A DNA stretch of 64,000 bases from an uncultured Planctomycetales bacterium (lineage in GTDB: Bacteria; Planctomycetota; UBA1135; CAZMYG01), in the NCBI GenBank assembly GCA_964570465.1, contig CAZMYG010000001.1, positions 4,174 through 68,173 on the forward strand, written 5' to 3'. The notes below the pieces were generated by a model, which was not told the origin of the DNA, ran no database searches, and saw only the letters and a program-made list of their open reading frames with translations. Positions 19,521-27,311 of the stretch are shown in pieces; positions within the stretch are counted from its first letter, which is position 1; every line of letters starts with the position of its first letter. The position numbers were made by a program, and so were the translations under genes.

Positions 19521-19646
19521 CCGTGTTCATCCATGAGTCGCGGACAATCGCTATTGATGATTAGAAGTCCATAAACTCAGGTATTGCAAGAGTTTCGGAG
19601 TCGCGAGATACTAAAAGAGTCCGCAAAAAGCCAATAGGAGTCAAAA
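19521..19646. promoter_or_regulatory. divergent control region between morphogenesis and early arms
   Basis: 126-bp gap between divergent genes; GAGTCGCG at 19535 and 19598, GAGTCCGC at 19617, GAGTCA at 19638; TTGCAA...TACTAA promoter-like hexamers. Confidence 0.35.
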
Positions 19647-19877
19647 GTGACAGCCCTAATGGCCATCGACCCGTCCGTGGAGCTACCTCTTGCCTTCTCA
19701 GAGCTAGGAAGGGCGGTCAACTACAAAGTTGGCCGCAATACAGTCCGAGAATGGGCTGAAGAGGGTCGTGTATCTACTAGCGGCAATCGCGTTTATCTTG
19801 AGTGGATCATGATGCCGTGGGGCAGAGCCACTACAGTAGAGGCGTATTATCGCTTTCTAGACCGCCTCAACGAATAA
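19647..19877 (+). CDS. small helix-turn-helix-like DNA-binding protein
   Basis: 76 aa, GTG start, AGGAG 8 nt upstream; segment LGRAVNYKVGRNTVREWAEEGRV resembles an HTH. Confidence 0.45.
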   Translation: MTALMAIDPSVELPLAFSELGRAVNYKVGRNTVREWAEEGRVSTSGNRVYLEWIMMPWGRATTVEAYYRFLDRLNE

Positions 19878-19889
19878 GGCCCCACGCTC

Positions 19890-20570
19890 ATGGCGAAGTT
19901 GACATTCTCGCTCTACGACGAGACGGTAGACGTTCATTGCCCGGACACCGCCTTCTCGTCAACGATCGTCTACGAAGTCTTAGACTCCAAGGCGTACCCT
20001 GTCTTCACGTTCATGCACGATATCAACACGATCGTTGATATTGGCGCGCACGTAGGAGCCTTCGCCGCCAGATTCGCGATCACCTTCCCGCACGCGACGA
20101 TCCACTCTTACGAGCCAAATCCAGCTCTGAGAACGTATCGAGAGGCAAACCGGCTGCCGAACGTCGTCTTGTACAACGACGCCATCTCAGATCGCGCTGG
20201 AGGCCGTCTTTTGACTCTCTTTGAAGACGATTCCGTGTTCTCGTCGTTCGGAACCACCCTCCGGCGCAAGATCGACAAGCAGATCATCGTCCCCACGATC
20301 GACGCCTTGACGCTCCCAAAAAAGATCGACATCTTGAAGCTCGATACCGAGGGCCACGAATTGCCGATCTTGAAGCGATTAGGCCCTCGATTGCTAGAAA
20401 TCCCGTACATCTACGTGGAATTCCACACGAAAGAGGACCGCTGTGAGTTGGACCGGATGCTCTTGAAGACTCATGACCTCCACTGGGGGAGCATCATCCA
20501 CTCGAACTGCGGCGAGGTCTTCTACTTGAAACACGGGGCAGGCCCGATGGACTGCTCAGTCGGCTATTAG
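19890..20570 (+). CDS. FkbM-family methyltransferase
   Basis: 226 aa; DIGAHVGAF SAM-binding loop and LKLDTEGHE motif. Confidence 0.8.
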   Translation: MAKLTFSLYDETVDVHCPDTAFSSTIVYEVLDSKAYPVFTFMHDINTIVDIGAHVGAFAARFAITFPHATIHSYEPNPALRTYREANRLPNVVLYNDAISDRAGGRLLTLFEDDSVFSSFGTTLRRKIDKQIIVPTIDALTLPKKIDILKLDTEGHELPILKRLGPRLLEIPYIYVEFHTKEDRCELDRMLLKTHDLHWGSIIHSNCGEVFYLKHGAGPMDCSVGY

Positions 20571-20586
20571 GCCATGAAAGGCACAA

Positions 20587-20832
20587 ATGACCAAGCGACA
20601 GTTCTACTTGAGCGTGTTGATCGTAGCCGCTTTAGGGCTAGTAGTCGGCCCATCGGGCTACTTCATGTACCAGGCTTCGCTGAGAAACCAACAGCGACAA
20701 GTCGAAGTCGAGCGCGAACGTCACCAAAAGAGCGTCGAACTCGAAAGAGAGCGGACCGCCCGTAGCAAGAACCGCTGGGAAACCGCTGACAAGATGCTTC
20801 AGCGGGTGCCTTTCGTTCGGAAGGACGATTGA
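20587..20832 (+). CDS. small membrane protein
   Basis: 81 aa, N-terminal hydrophobic helix FYLSVLIVAALGLVVGP then basic coiled region. Confidence 0.5.
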   Translation: MTKRQFYLSVLIVAALGLVVGPSGYFMYQASLRNQQRQVEVERERHQKSVELERERTARSKNRWETADKMLQRVPFVRKDD

Positions 20833-20835
20833 AAA

Positions 20836-21279
20836 ATGAAAGTCGCGATCGAATACGTTGAGCGTAACGAAACCCTAAAGGAAATGGGATTCACAAGTTA
20901 CAACGCCTACTTGGAAAGCGATCTGTGGCGCGAAATCAAGCGGAAGATGCTCTCCAAGACGATCGCCGTAAGGTGCCGCATCTGCCTAAGGCGTAACGCC
21001 AAGACTCTCCACCACTCTTCATACGAGCGATCGGTGCTTTTAGGCGAGAACCTGACGCCTTTGGTGCCAATCTGTCACGGATGTCACAAGGCGATCGAGT
21101 TTGATGGTGATCGTAAGGTCGAGCATCTGAAGCAAGTGAACGATCGGATGATCGCCAGGGCAAGGAGACTTCACAAGTCATTCAGACCAACCACCAACAC
21201 CAGCCCCAAAAAGGGCGGTAGACGAAGGAAAAAGGCCAGAAACAGGCTTGCCCCCGTTGGATGGAAGGGACGATCGTAG
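20836..21279 (+). CDS. zinc-finger / HNH-like protein
   Basis: 147 aa; CRICLRR...LHHSSY...CHGCHKAIE, basic tail. Confidence 0.5.
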   Translation: MKVAIEYVERNETLKEMGFTSYNAYLESDLWREIKRKMLSKTIAVRCRICLRRNAKTLHHSSYERSVLLGENLTPLVPICHGCHKAIEFDGDRKVEHLKQVNDRMIARARRLHKSFRPTTNTSPKKGGRRRKKARNRLAPVGWKGRS

Positions 21280-21604
21280 TCGTCGTTGCAGTTGAGCCTC
21301 GATCTTGCCATAATGGAACCACCGGATTGGTCGATGGAAACGATGCCGTAACGGAAATCCCCCATCTTCCCGTCTTATAGGGACTCCGAGTAGGAAGAGT
21401 CCAACGGACCGTGCCAGCCGCCGATCATGCGACCGACTCAGGAACGCAAATGGCTGGAAGCTCAAATCAGACACCTGAAACCCGAGGAGGTTAAGAGCCT
21501 TAATGGATTCCAAGGGAGGTGCAACTGAGGCGGAGGGCTAACTGCACCGCCCGGCGAGGGAACCCTGGTTACGATCAGGGTCGTTATGAGAGCCGAAATC
21601 TCAT

Positions 21605-21620
21605 GGGTGGGGTGGGGGGG
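21605..21620 (+). other. G-quadruplex-type motif
   Basis: GGGTGGGGTGGGGGGG in noncoding DNA, directly after three consecutive hairpins. Confidence 0.4.
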
Positions 21621-21732
21621 CTTTGCGCGCTCAGCGTCTTAAACGCCGCTTCGATCAAACCCGCTTATTCAGGGCAGCTAACCACTTCCGGTTAGCGCCT
21701 CTTCTTCTTTCGCTCCGCTCAAGAAAGCTCTT

Positions 21733-21957
21733 ATGGGCGTCCCATATTTTGATTATTACCACGCAGTCCGATCAGAAGACGGAACGGTTCTTGGGTCAAT
21801 CCTCTTCGTTAGCCACTCACACACATACTCGGCACATATCTACGGCGACGAATCTGGCGGCAGGGTCGTAGAAGCCCGAAAGGAATTCAAAACCAAAAAG
21901 GCCGCGCATAAATGGCTAGAAAGAAACCTCCAAAACGACAACGATGGAAGACCATAA
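21733..21957 (+). CDS. small protein ending NDNDGRP
   Basis: 74-aa track ORF isolated in a large noncoding region; shares the C-terminal DGRP tail of the family. Confidence 0.45.
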   Translation: MGVPYFDYYHAVRSEDGTVLGSILFVSHSHTYSAHIYGDESGGRVVEARKEFKTKKAAHKWLERNLQNDNDGRP

Positions 21958-22206
21958 ACCACCCAATAGAAGGGGCCGAATGTTTTTGAGTAAAAAATCC
22001 CGAGGGGGAAGGTTACTATCATTGCCCGACCGTTGGGGCCTGCCCGCCGTCCCCTTTTTACCCCCCTGCCGCCAGACGCAAGCCGTTGCCCCGCCAGTAC
22101 TTACGTCACCGGATTGCACTAGCAAATACCCCCTCTAGCCCAGTCAGACGCCCGATTCCACACGCATCTGTCCTCACATTGACTACACATCTGGCGTGGT
22201 GTGTGT

Positions 22207-22231
22207 GGGTGTGGGGTGGGCGTGTGTGGGG
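22207..22231 (+). other. G-quadruplex-type motif
   Basis: GGG-tgt-GGGG-t-GGG-cgtgtgt-GGGG: four G-runs with loops of 3, 1 and 7 nt, upstream of TATAAA. Confidence 0.45.
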
Positions 22232-22243
22232 CGTGGTATAAAC

Positions 22244-22256
22244 CCCGCGCGCGAAG
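22244..22256 (+). promoter_or_regulatory. CCCGCGCGCGAAG box, copy 1
   Basis: 13-mer identical to 22405-22417; preceded by TATAAA at 22237. Confidence 0.4.
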
Positions 22257-22404
22257 CGAGTTCCGTGCCGAACTGGGCGCTCGTTCAGGTGGTGGACACT
22301 TAGGCGGCTGGAATCGACGCTAAAGCGTTTTGCGGCAAGGGTTTAAGCTCGCTTTTCAGGCAGTTTGCCATAGGCGGCGAAAAATTTTTTTGGCCTTTGT
22401 CACA

Positions 22405-22440
22405 CCCGCGCGCGAAGGCTTGCCCCGGAAAATTTTTTTG
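22405..22440 (+). promoter_or_regulatory. CCCGCGCGCGAAG box copy 2 plus A4T7 palindromic tract
   Basis: CCCGCGCGCGAAGGCTTGCCCCGGAAAATTTTTTTG; similar layout at 26711-26737; another A5T7 tract at 22380-22391. Confidence 0.4.
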
Positions 22441-22529
22441 CGATGATTGCCCGGTTCGCCGATCGCGTTTTCGGCCCCCCCAAGTGTCGGCGGGCGGCGG
22501 TGGGCGTCGTAGTGTGGAGTGTGAGTACC

Positions 22530-23075
22530 ATGTCAGTTCAAGTGTTGTCCCGTATCGAGGCGTTGGCGGCGGTCGAGAACAAGCCCACTGTGGAGGCGTG
22601 CTTCAAGTCCATCGACCACCTGCACGCCACCGGCCAGTTGGGTGACGAGCCTAAGTCCAGCACGCTGGCCAACGAACTGAAGCAAGTCATGGCTCTGTCG
22701 TTCGTCAGCAAGGCGGCGGAGTCGGCCCCGAAGCGAAGCGGTGGTGGCAAGGCCAAGGCTGGCCCCAAGCACCTGCTGAAGTGCAACATCCCGGCAGGGG
22801 CCGAGGCGTTGATGCAGACTGCGGACTGGAAGGACTTCAGCACCGGCAGTGTCGGCTGGCACGCCAACGGCAAGGTGCTGGACTCGTTCGGTCGCACCGT
22901 GCAGGTGAATATCCTCATGACGGTGGTGGACTCCAAAGAGGCCAAGGCGGCGGGCGTCCCCACCACGTTGGCCCAAGCCCGTGAGAAGGGGCTTGTATCC
23001 ATCGACCAAGCCATCAAGGCGGGATACAGCGAGGACGAACTGCAAGAGGCGGGATACACCCTGACGGGCGAGTAG
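22530..23075 (+). CDS. hypothetical protein (high GC3)
   Basis: Track ORF 22443..23075; ATG at 22530 has GGAG 10 nt upstream and removes an Arg/Cys-rich leader; start uncertain. Confidence 0.55.
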   Translation: MSVQVLSRIEALAAVENKPTVEACFKSIDHLHATGQLGDEPKSSTLANELKQVMALSFVSKAAESAPKRSGGGKAKAGPKHLLKCNIPAGAEALMQTADWKDFSTGSVGWHANGKVLDSFGRTVQVNILMTVVDSKEAKAAGVPTTLAQAREKGLVSIDQAIKAGYSEDELQEAGYTLTGE

Positions 23076-23297
23076 CACGCCGCTACTGACTACCGAACAA
23101 CCTATACCCCGCTAGTGGCAATGGTGCTGCTAGTGGGGTTTTTGCGTTAGGTGGGTCAGACGCGGCGTCTTGGTCCAATACACGCATCGGAACGCAAGCC
23201 GGGATAAACCACGCATGAAACGCCAGACCCCGCCAAAACGCGAAGCTAGGGCCGTTCCCGGGGTTGTTTGGCCGATCAGTGGGCGGCGCGAAACGGC

Positions 23298-23325
23298 CGG
23301 AAGCTAGCCCCGGAAGCTAGCCCCG
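23298..23325. repeat. tandem duplication GGAAGCTAGCCCC x2
   Basis: ggaagctagccccggaagctagccccgg read directly in intergenic DNA. Confidence 0.6.
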
Positions 23326-23375
23326 GATGGTAGATATACCAGGGTGGTAGTGGAGCTATACGCCCAGTATGGCGT

Positions 23376-23774
23376 GTGGCGTGGCGATGCAGGGCGGGAG
23401 TTCGCGTGTGCGATCACAACCCGCCAGCCGGCAACTTGCATGATAGATCCGACAACAACCCACTGATGAGACTGGTGGCGATCAGTCGAAACACGCAAGT
23501 GTATGGGACGCAATGGTTTGTATCTCACCGTCACGCCAGCACGGCTAAGCTGGCAAGTGTTCTCTGCAAGGAACATGGTATGGTGTTCGTTAGTGAGTCT
23601 GAGGTGCGTAATGCACGGGTTGACGTGATCGTGGTGGACGGTGATCGTGAGAACGATCTGGATGCTGCGATCCACTACATGCTGGCCAACACGCATGTCG
23701 ATCGTCGGGACAAGCTGACCAAGCGTCAGCGTCGGCGTCTTGCTGCTCGTCACCGCCGCAAGATCAGGAGCTAG
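23376..23774 (+). CDS. hypothetical protein with basic C-terminus
   Basis: 132-aa track ORF; in-frame ATG at 23466 (MRLVAISR...) is a plausible alternative start; no clear SD for either. Confidence 0.4.
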   Translation: MAWRCRAGVRVCDHNPPAGNLHDRSDNNPLMRLVAISRNTQVYGTQWFVSHRHASTAKLASVLCKEHGMVFVSESEVRNARVDVIVVDGDRENDLDAAIHYMLANTHVDRRDKLTKRQRRRLAARHRRKIRS

Positions 23775-23881
23775 CGTACTCCCACCTGCTGGCCCGGCAG
23801 GCTAAACAACGGGCAATCCTACTCGTTGGCTACGGTGGTGGTTGTAGGGTAAGACGCTCGACGGAGCGACAGCCGGTAGCC

Positions 23882-23933
23882 ATAACGTGTTACGTAACGG
23901 GTGACGTTACCGTGACGTAACGCATAACGTAAC
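23882..23933. promoter_or_regulatory. array of five ACGT(A/T)AC sites
   Basis: ACGT cores at 23885, 23892, 23904, 23915, 23927 (spacing 7, 12, 11, 12); includes 10-bp palindrome GTTACGTAAC. Confidence 0.5.
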
Positions 23934-24082
23934 GCGCAACACGCCAGCCTGGTTGGGTGGTGCTATATGCACCCGCTCATCCCGGATGGCTGATGCTGCG
24001 CACTGGTGTATGTACAGCCTGGGTGATACTACGCTGGCGTATCGCTCATCACATAACAACCCGCCAGCATGGGAGTTCTGTC

Positions 24083-25009
24083 ATGGCTAATAAGCGATGG
24101 CTGATGCGGGACAAAGTTACCGGCCGCTACCGTGGCTGGAGGGGTGGAAGCGACCACTGGGTTGATGATGCTGCCGACGCATACATCTACTCAGACCTGT
24201 GCAAGGAAAAGCACAATCCAGCTAGCCCTCAATCGGAGTGGGTCGCCTACGAGGACGCGGTCAAGCCTGCCTATCGCGGGCAGACTGACGCGAAGATGGA
24301 GCTTGGCGATCATCTCATCGTGGAGACTCCTGATGGATGGAAGTTGATCGTCGAGACGGACAAAGAGTCCAGGACATGCACCGTCAAGGAGAAGGGTCCA
24401 CTCGGCAACGAGAGAACGATCAGCCATTGGTACGTTCCAAAGGAGCCTGAGAAGGCCAAGGCCACGCTGGAAGAGCAAATCAATGCCATCGGTGAACAGC
24501 TCGCCCAGACGATCACGACGTATGGTTCGCGTCTCGACGTTGTCGATCGTCACCACAAGGAAATCTACGAGGCCATCCACAACCTCGAAGATGCTGTTGG
24601 CAAGTTCAAGAATCTGGGTGCCAGCAGCTTAGTGGAAGGCCACGAGCGTCTGGCGTCTCAGATACTCGGCTTGACCAACAAAGTCGAGCAGTTGGAGACC
24701 AACGACAGCACGCATCGAGCGTCGGCGTCCAAGTTATGCAAGGAGATGGCGACCATTAGCTTCGTTGATGGCGTGGTTGACAAGCTTTCAGATCAACTGG
24801 TTGAGGTGAAGCACAATGCTGACGTGCTAAAAGGACGCATCGACGTTTCCATCGACCTTCGCGATCAGATGTTCAGGGGGATGCAGGATCGGATGACTCG
24901 AATGCAATCCGATTACGAGTCAAAGATTCGCGTGGTTGCTGATATGGTGAACGAGCTTCGTGGTCGCAAGCCCGCCAAGCGTCCAGCCAAGAAGGGAGCC
25001 AAGCGATGA
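24083..25009 (+). CDS. coiled-coil protein
   Basis: Track ORF 23957..25009; ATG at 24083 has GGGAG 7 nt upstream; long heptad-like C-terminal half, Lys/Arg tail. Confidence 0.6.
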   Translation: MANKRWLMRDKVTGRYRGWRGGSDHWVDDAADAYIYSDLCKEKHNPASPQSEWVAYEDAVKPAYRGQTDAKMELGDHLIVETPDGWKLIVETDKESRTCTVKEKGPLGNERTISHWYVPKEPEKAKATLEEQINAIGEQLAQTITTYGSRLDVVDRHHKEIYEAIHNLEDAVGKFKNLGASSLVEGHERLASQILGLTNKVEQLETNDSTHRASASKLCKEMATISFVDGVVDKLSDQLVEVKHNADVLKGRIDVSIDLRDQMFRGMQDRMTRMQSDYESKIRVVADMVNELRGRKPAKRPAKKGAKR

Positions 25010-25197
25010 CGCTCTTGTACGTCGTCAACTTGCTCAACTCGATCACGATCCTCCTCCTCGGATTGATTGCGATGAGCCTACAGAAGCAGATCAAGCTTCA
25101 GAGCAAGCGAGCTGATATTCACAGCGAATGGCTGCGTGCTGTGTCGAGCGCGCAGGTGAAGAGCATCCTCGGAACCAACTTTAACGACAAGGAGTAG
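25006..25197 (+). CDS. small membrane protein
   Basis: 63 aa, ATGA overlap with upstream gene, one TM helix VVNLLNSITILLLGLIAM. Confidence 0.5.
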   Translation: MTLLYVVNLLNSITILLLGLIAMSLQKQIKLQSKRADIHSEWLRAVSSAQVKSILGTNFNDKE

Positions 25198-25202
25198 CTG
25201 TC

Positions 25203-25439
25203 ATGCCTGCTGTTAAGCGTAAGAGTCGAGTTCGATACGCGGCGCGATGGAGCGTGCTGTGGGCCTACGATCAAGGGTTCTTGAAGTCTGGGCCGTGCGA
25301 GACTAAGAAGGAGGCGATGGCTCTGGCTCGCAAGGAGCGTAACCGCGACAAGTGGCGGCAGACGCTCAAGGCTTACGTGCTGGGTGGAGCCAAGCACGAC
25401 ATGCGGCTCATCCACGATGACGACTGGGAGGCGGCGTGA
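25203..25439 (+). CDS. hypothetical small basic protein
   Basis: 78-aa track ORF, AGGAG upstream. Confidence 0.55.
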   Translation: MPAVKRKSRVRYAARWSVLWAYDQGFLKSGPCETKKEAMALARKERNRDKWRQTLKAYVLGGAKHDMRLIHDDDWEAA

Positions 25440-25534
25440 ATCCCTGGCTCGACGCATGGCTCACTGGCGTAGTCATGGGCCTAATCATCCAAGCCGCGTG
25501 CTGGATCGCCTATCACGCCATCAAGCGTAAGTAA
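25436..25534 (+). CDS. possible 32-aa membrane peptide
   Basis: Below track cutoff; GTG overlapping upstream TGA (GTGA); VNPWLDAWLTGVVMGLIIQAACWIAYHAIKRK is one TM helix. Confidence 0.3.
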   Translation: MNPWLDAWLTGVVMGLIIQAACWIAYHAIKRK

Positions 25535-25658
25535 ACCGGACGCCCACTGATACCGTGGGCAGCCCCATATCTCACAGCGTCCATAGTCGCTGGGGTGGAA
25601 ACAGAGAGCTGGTGACTCTCTGGCTGATCGTGAGATACATGGAGGACTGTCATATAGG

Positions 25659-26579
25659 ATGAGTGACCGCGACGTTGATCTCACGTTGGGACAACACAGA
25701 ATTCTAACGTGGAGTACGACGCAACTGGCTGGCTATGTTGTCAGACAGCCATGTTCAAAGTGTCAAGGAGATCACGAAGCGAAGGACTGCTTCCCAGACA
25801 TGCTGGCGTATCTCATGGCTAAGCTGCGCAAACGGAAGCGTGGTGCGCCAAAGGTGAAACGCCAACCTGCTCCGCCAGTACCGAAGCCGGTGCCGGTGAC
25901 TTGCAGGGAGTGGTACAGCGAACTGTACCCGCTTATTCGTTGGCGCATCAAGCAACGACTAAGGACGGCTCCTGAATACCGCCGTGAAGACATCATGTCC
26001 AATGCGTTGGCTGAGTCTTGGGTGGTGTTTCAGAAGTTCTTCAACAAGGTCGGCAAGCCTTACGTCTACAAAGACGAGATTAAGGAGACGACCGTTGAGG
26101 ACGTGGCTCGTATCGCAGCCAATGCGTCTGTCAGGCGTGCGCTGATGGGCCGTGAGTTCGCATCAACACGTCAAGGCGGATATGTTGACGCTCTCGACCC
26201 AAAGATTAAGCGTGAGGACGTTGACCTTGGATTCTATCCGGCTCCCATCGAGGCTGTGACCCCGCCGTGGGACACGCAAGACATGAGCGGATTGAGTTTC
26301 TTGGTTAGTCGCTTGCCCGATCGTTTGCGAGACATCGCTTTTCTGATCGGCGCGAACGACAATATGTGCGCGATCGTGCGTGCGGCAATCGGCCCGCGTG
26401 CGAAGGCGCGTAGTGGGTCGCTTCAAAACGCCGAAATGGCGGCTTATCTGAAATGCAGTTTGCGAACGGTCGAAAGGCTGATCGGCGACCTGCGGATTTA
26501 CTGGAAAGAGCGAGACGCCACAAAACGAGCCTTGCGAGAGGCTGTCGCTGAGTGGATCGAAGATTACGCCGGTAGCTAG
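25659..26579 (+). CDS. sigma-factor-like transcription regulator
   Basis: 306 aa; region-2-like REDIMSNALAESWVVFQKF and C-terminal region-4-like HTH NAEMAAYLKCSLRTVERLIGDLR. Confidence 0.45.
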   Translation: MSDRDVDLTLGQHRILTWSTTQLAGYVVRQPCSKCQGDHEAKDCFPDMLAYLMAKLRKRKRGAPKVKRQPAPPVPKPVPVTCREWYSELYPLIRWRIKQRLRTAPEYRREDIMSNALAESWVVFQKFFNKVGKPYVYKDEIKETTVEDVARIAANASVRRALMGREFASTRQGGYVDALDPKIKREDVDLGFYPAPIEAVTPPWDTQDMSGLSFLVSRLPDRLRDIAFLIGANDNMCAIVRAAIGPRAKARSGSLQNAEMAAYLKCSLRTVERLIGDLRIYWKERDATKRALREAVAEWIEDYAGS

Positions 26580-26613
26580 GGTGTAATCGCTCTAACTGTG
26601 ATCGTGACCGAAT

Positions 26614-26651
26614 GGCGGTGGCTTGCATGACGTAGGCCACCGCTATTTTTT
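26614..26651 (+). terminator. Rho-independent terminator
   Basis: GCGGTGGC (26615-22) pairs with GCCACCGC (26636-43), followed by TATTTTTT. Confidence 0.7.
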
Positions 26652-26710
26652 CGGCCACTAGCACGATTACCACGTCCTGTCAGCAGGTAGCTGAACATGG
26701 GGGATACTCT

Positions 26711-26785
26711 GCGCGCATAAGCCGGAAAAAATTTTTGGCGGGGCGCGGCGCGGCGCGGCGGTTTCGCGGCGGCCGAAATTTTCGC
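26711..26785 (+). promoter_or_regulatory. GCGCGC-AAG box, A6T5 tract, (GGCGC)n and AAATTTT palindrome
   Basis: GCGCGCATAAGCCGGAAAAAATTTTTGG, then GGCGC x3-4, then CCGAAATTTTCG; resembles 22405-22440. Confidence 0.4.
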
Positions 26786-26855
26786 TGTAACTACAGCGAG
26801 GCGGAGAACGGCAGTTTTGTAAATACACCACCGATCCAAGGAGGCACCGTTAAAA

Positions 26856-26891
26856 ATGATTGAAATGATTGAAATGATTGAAGTGAACTGA
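26856..26891 (+). promoter_or_regulatory. upstream mini-ORF MIEMIEMIEVN built from (ATGATTGAA)x3
   Basis: AAGGAGG at 26838-44; 11-codon ORF; its TGA ends 1 nt before the ATG of the next gene. Confidence 0.35.
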
Positions 26892-26892
26892 A

Positions 26893-27288
26893 ATGAAAGC
26901 TCTCAGGTTCCGCGAAACGCGATATCCCTTCGGTCGCGAATCGCTCATGTCCTTACGAATGGACTGCAAGCAGCGTCCTTGGTATCGGGCTGAGTATTGG
27001 CGAGACAGGGTGGACGAGTACACGAAAGCCAGGTGGCTCGTCTTCCGCTGGGATGTTGACGGTGATAACCCGTCTGGTCACTGGCTACTTATTGGCACAT
27101 GTGTCTCTTGGAATCAAGCCAGGCGCATGATCCGTGAGAACTGCAAGAAGGACGATCTGGTCCTTTGTGATCGCCTGAAGATCGAGATAGACCGAATCGA
27201 ACGAGGTCTTACCCCGACTCATTACACGTTCAAGTCGTTCGAGTTGCCTGCTCACGCCAACGAAGGCGAAGAGAAGGCTAGTCTTTAA
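26893..27288 (+). CDS. hypothetical protein
   Basis: 131-aa track ORF, first long ORF of the MoxR operon. Confidence 0.55.
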   Translation: MKALRFRETRYPFGRESLMSLRMDCKQRPWYRAEYWRDRVDEYTKARWLVFRWDVDGDNPSGHWLLIGTCVSWNQARRMIRENCKKDDLVLCDRLKIEIDRIERGLTPTHYTFKSFELPAHANEGEEKASL

Positions 27289-27311
27289 CCCTCTGCTAAG
27301 GAGAACCGCTA

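Noticed and set aside
22443-22529. N-terminal extension of the 22443..23075 ORF (MIARFADRVFGPPKCRRAAVGVVVWSVST)
   Set aside because: It overlaps the A/T-palindrome and GCGCGC regulatory element, and the internal ATG at 22530 has a better SD. The start is kept as uncertain.
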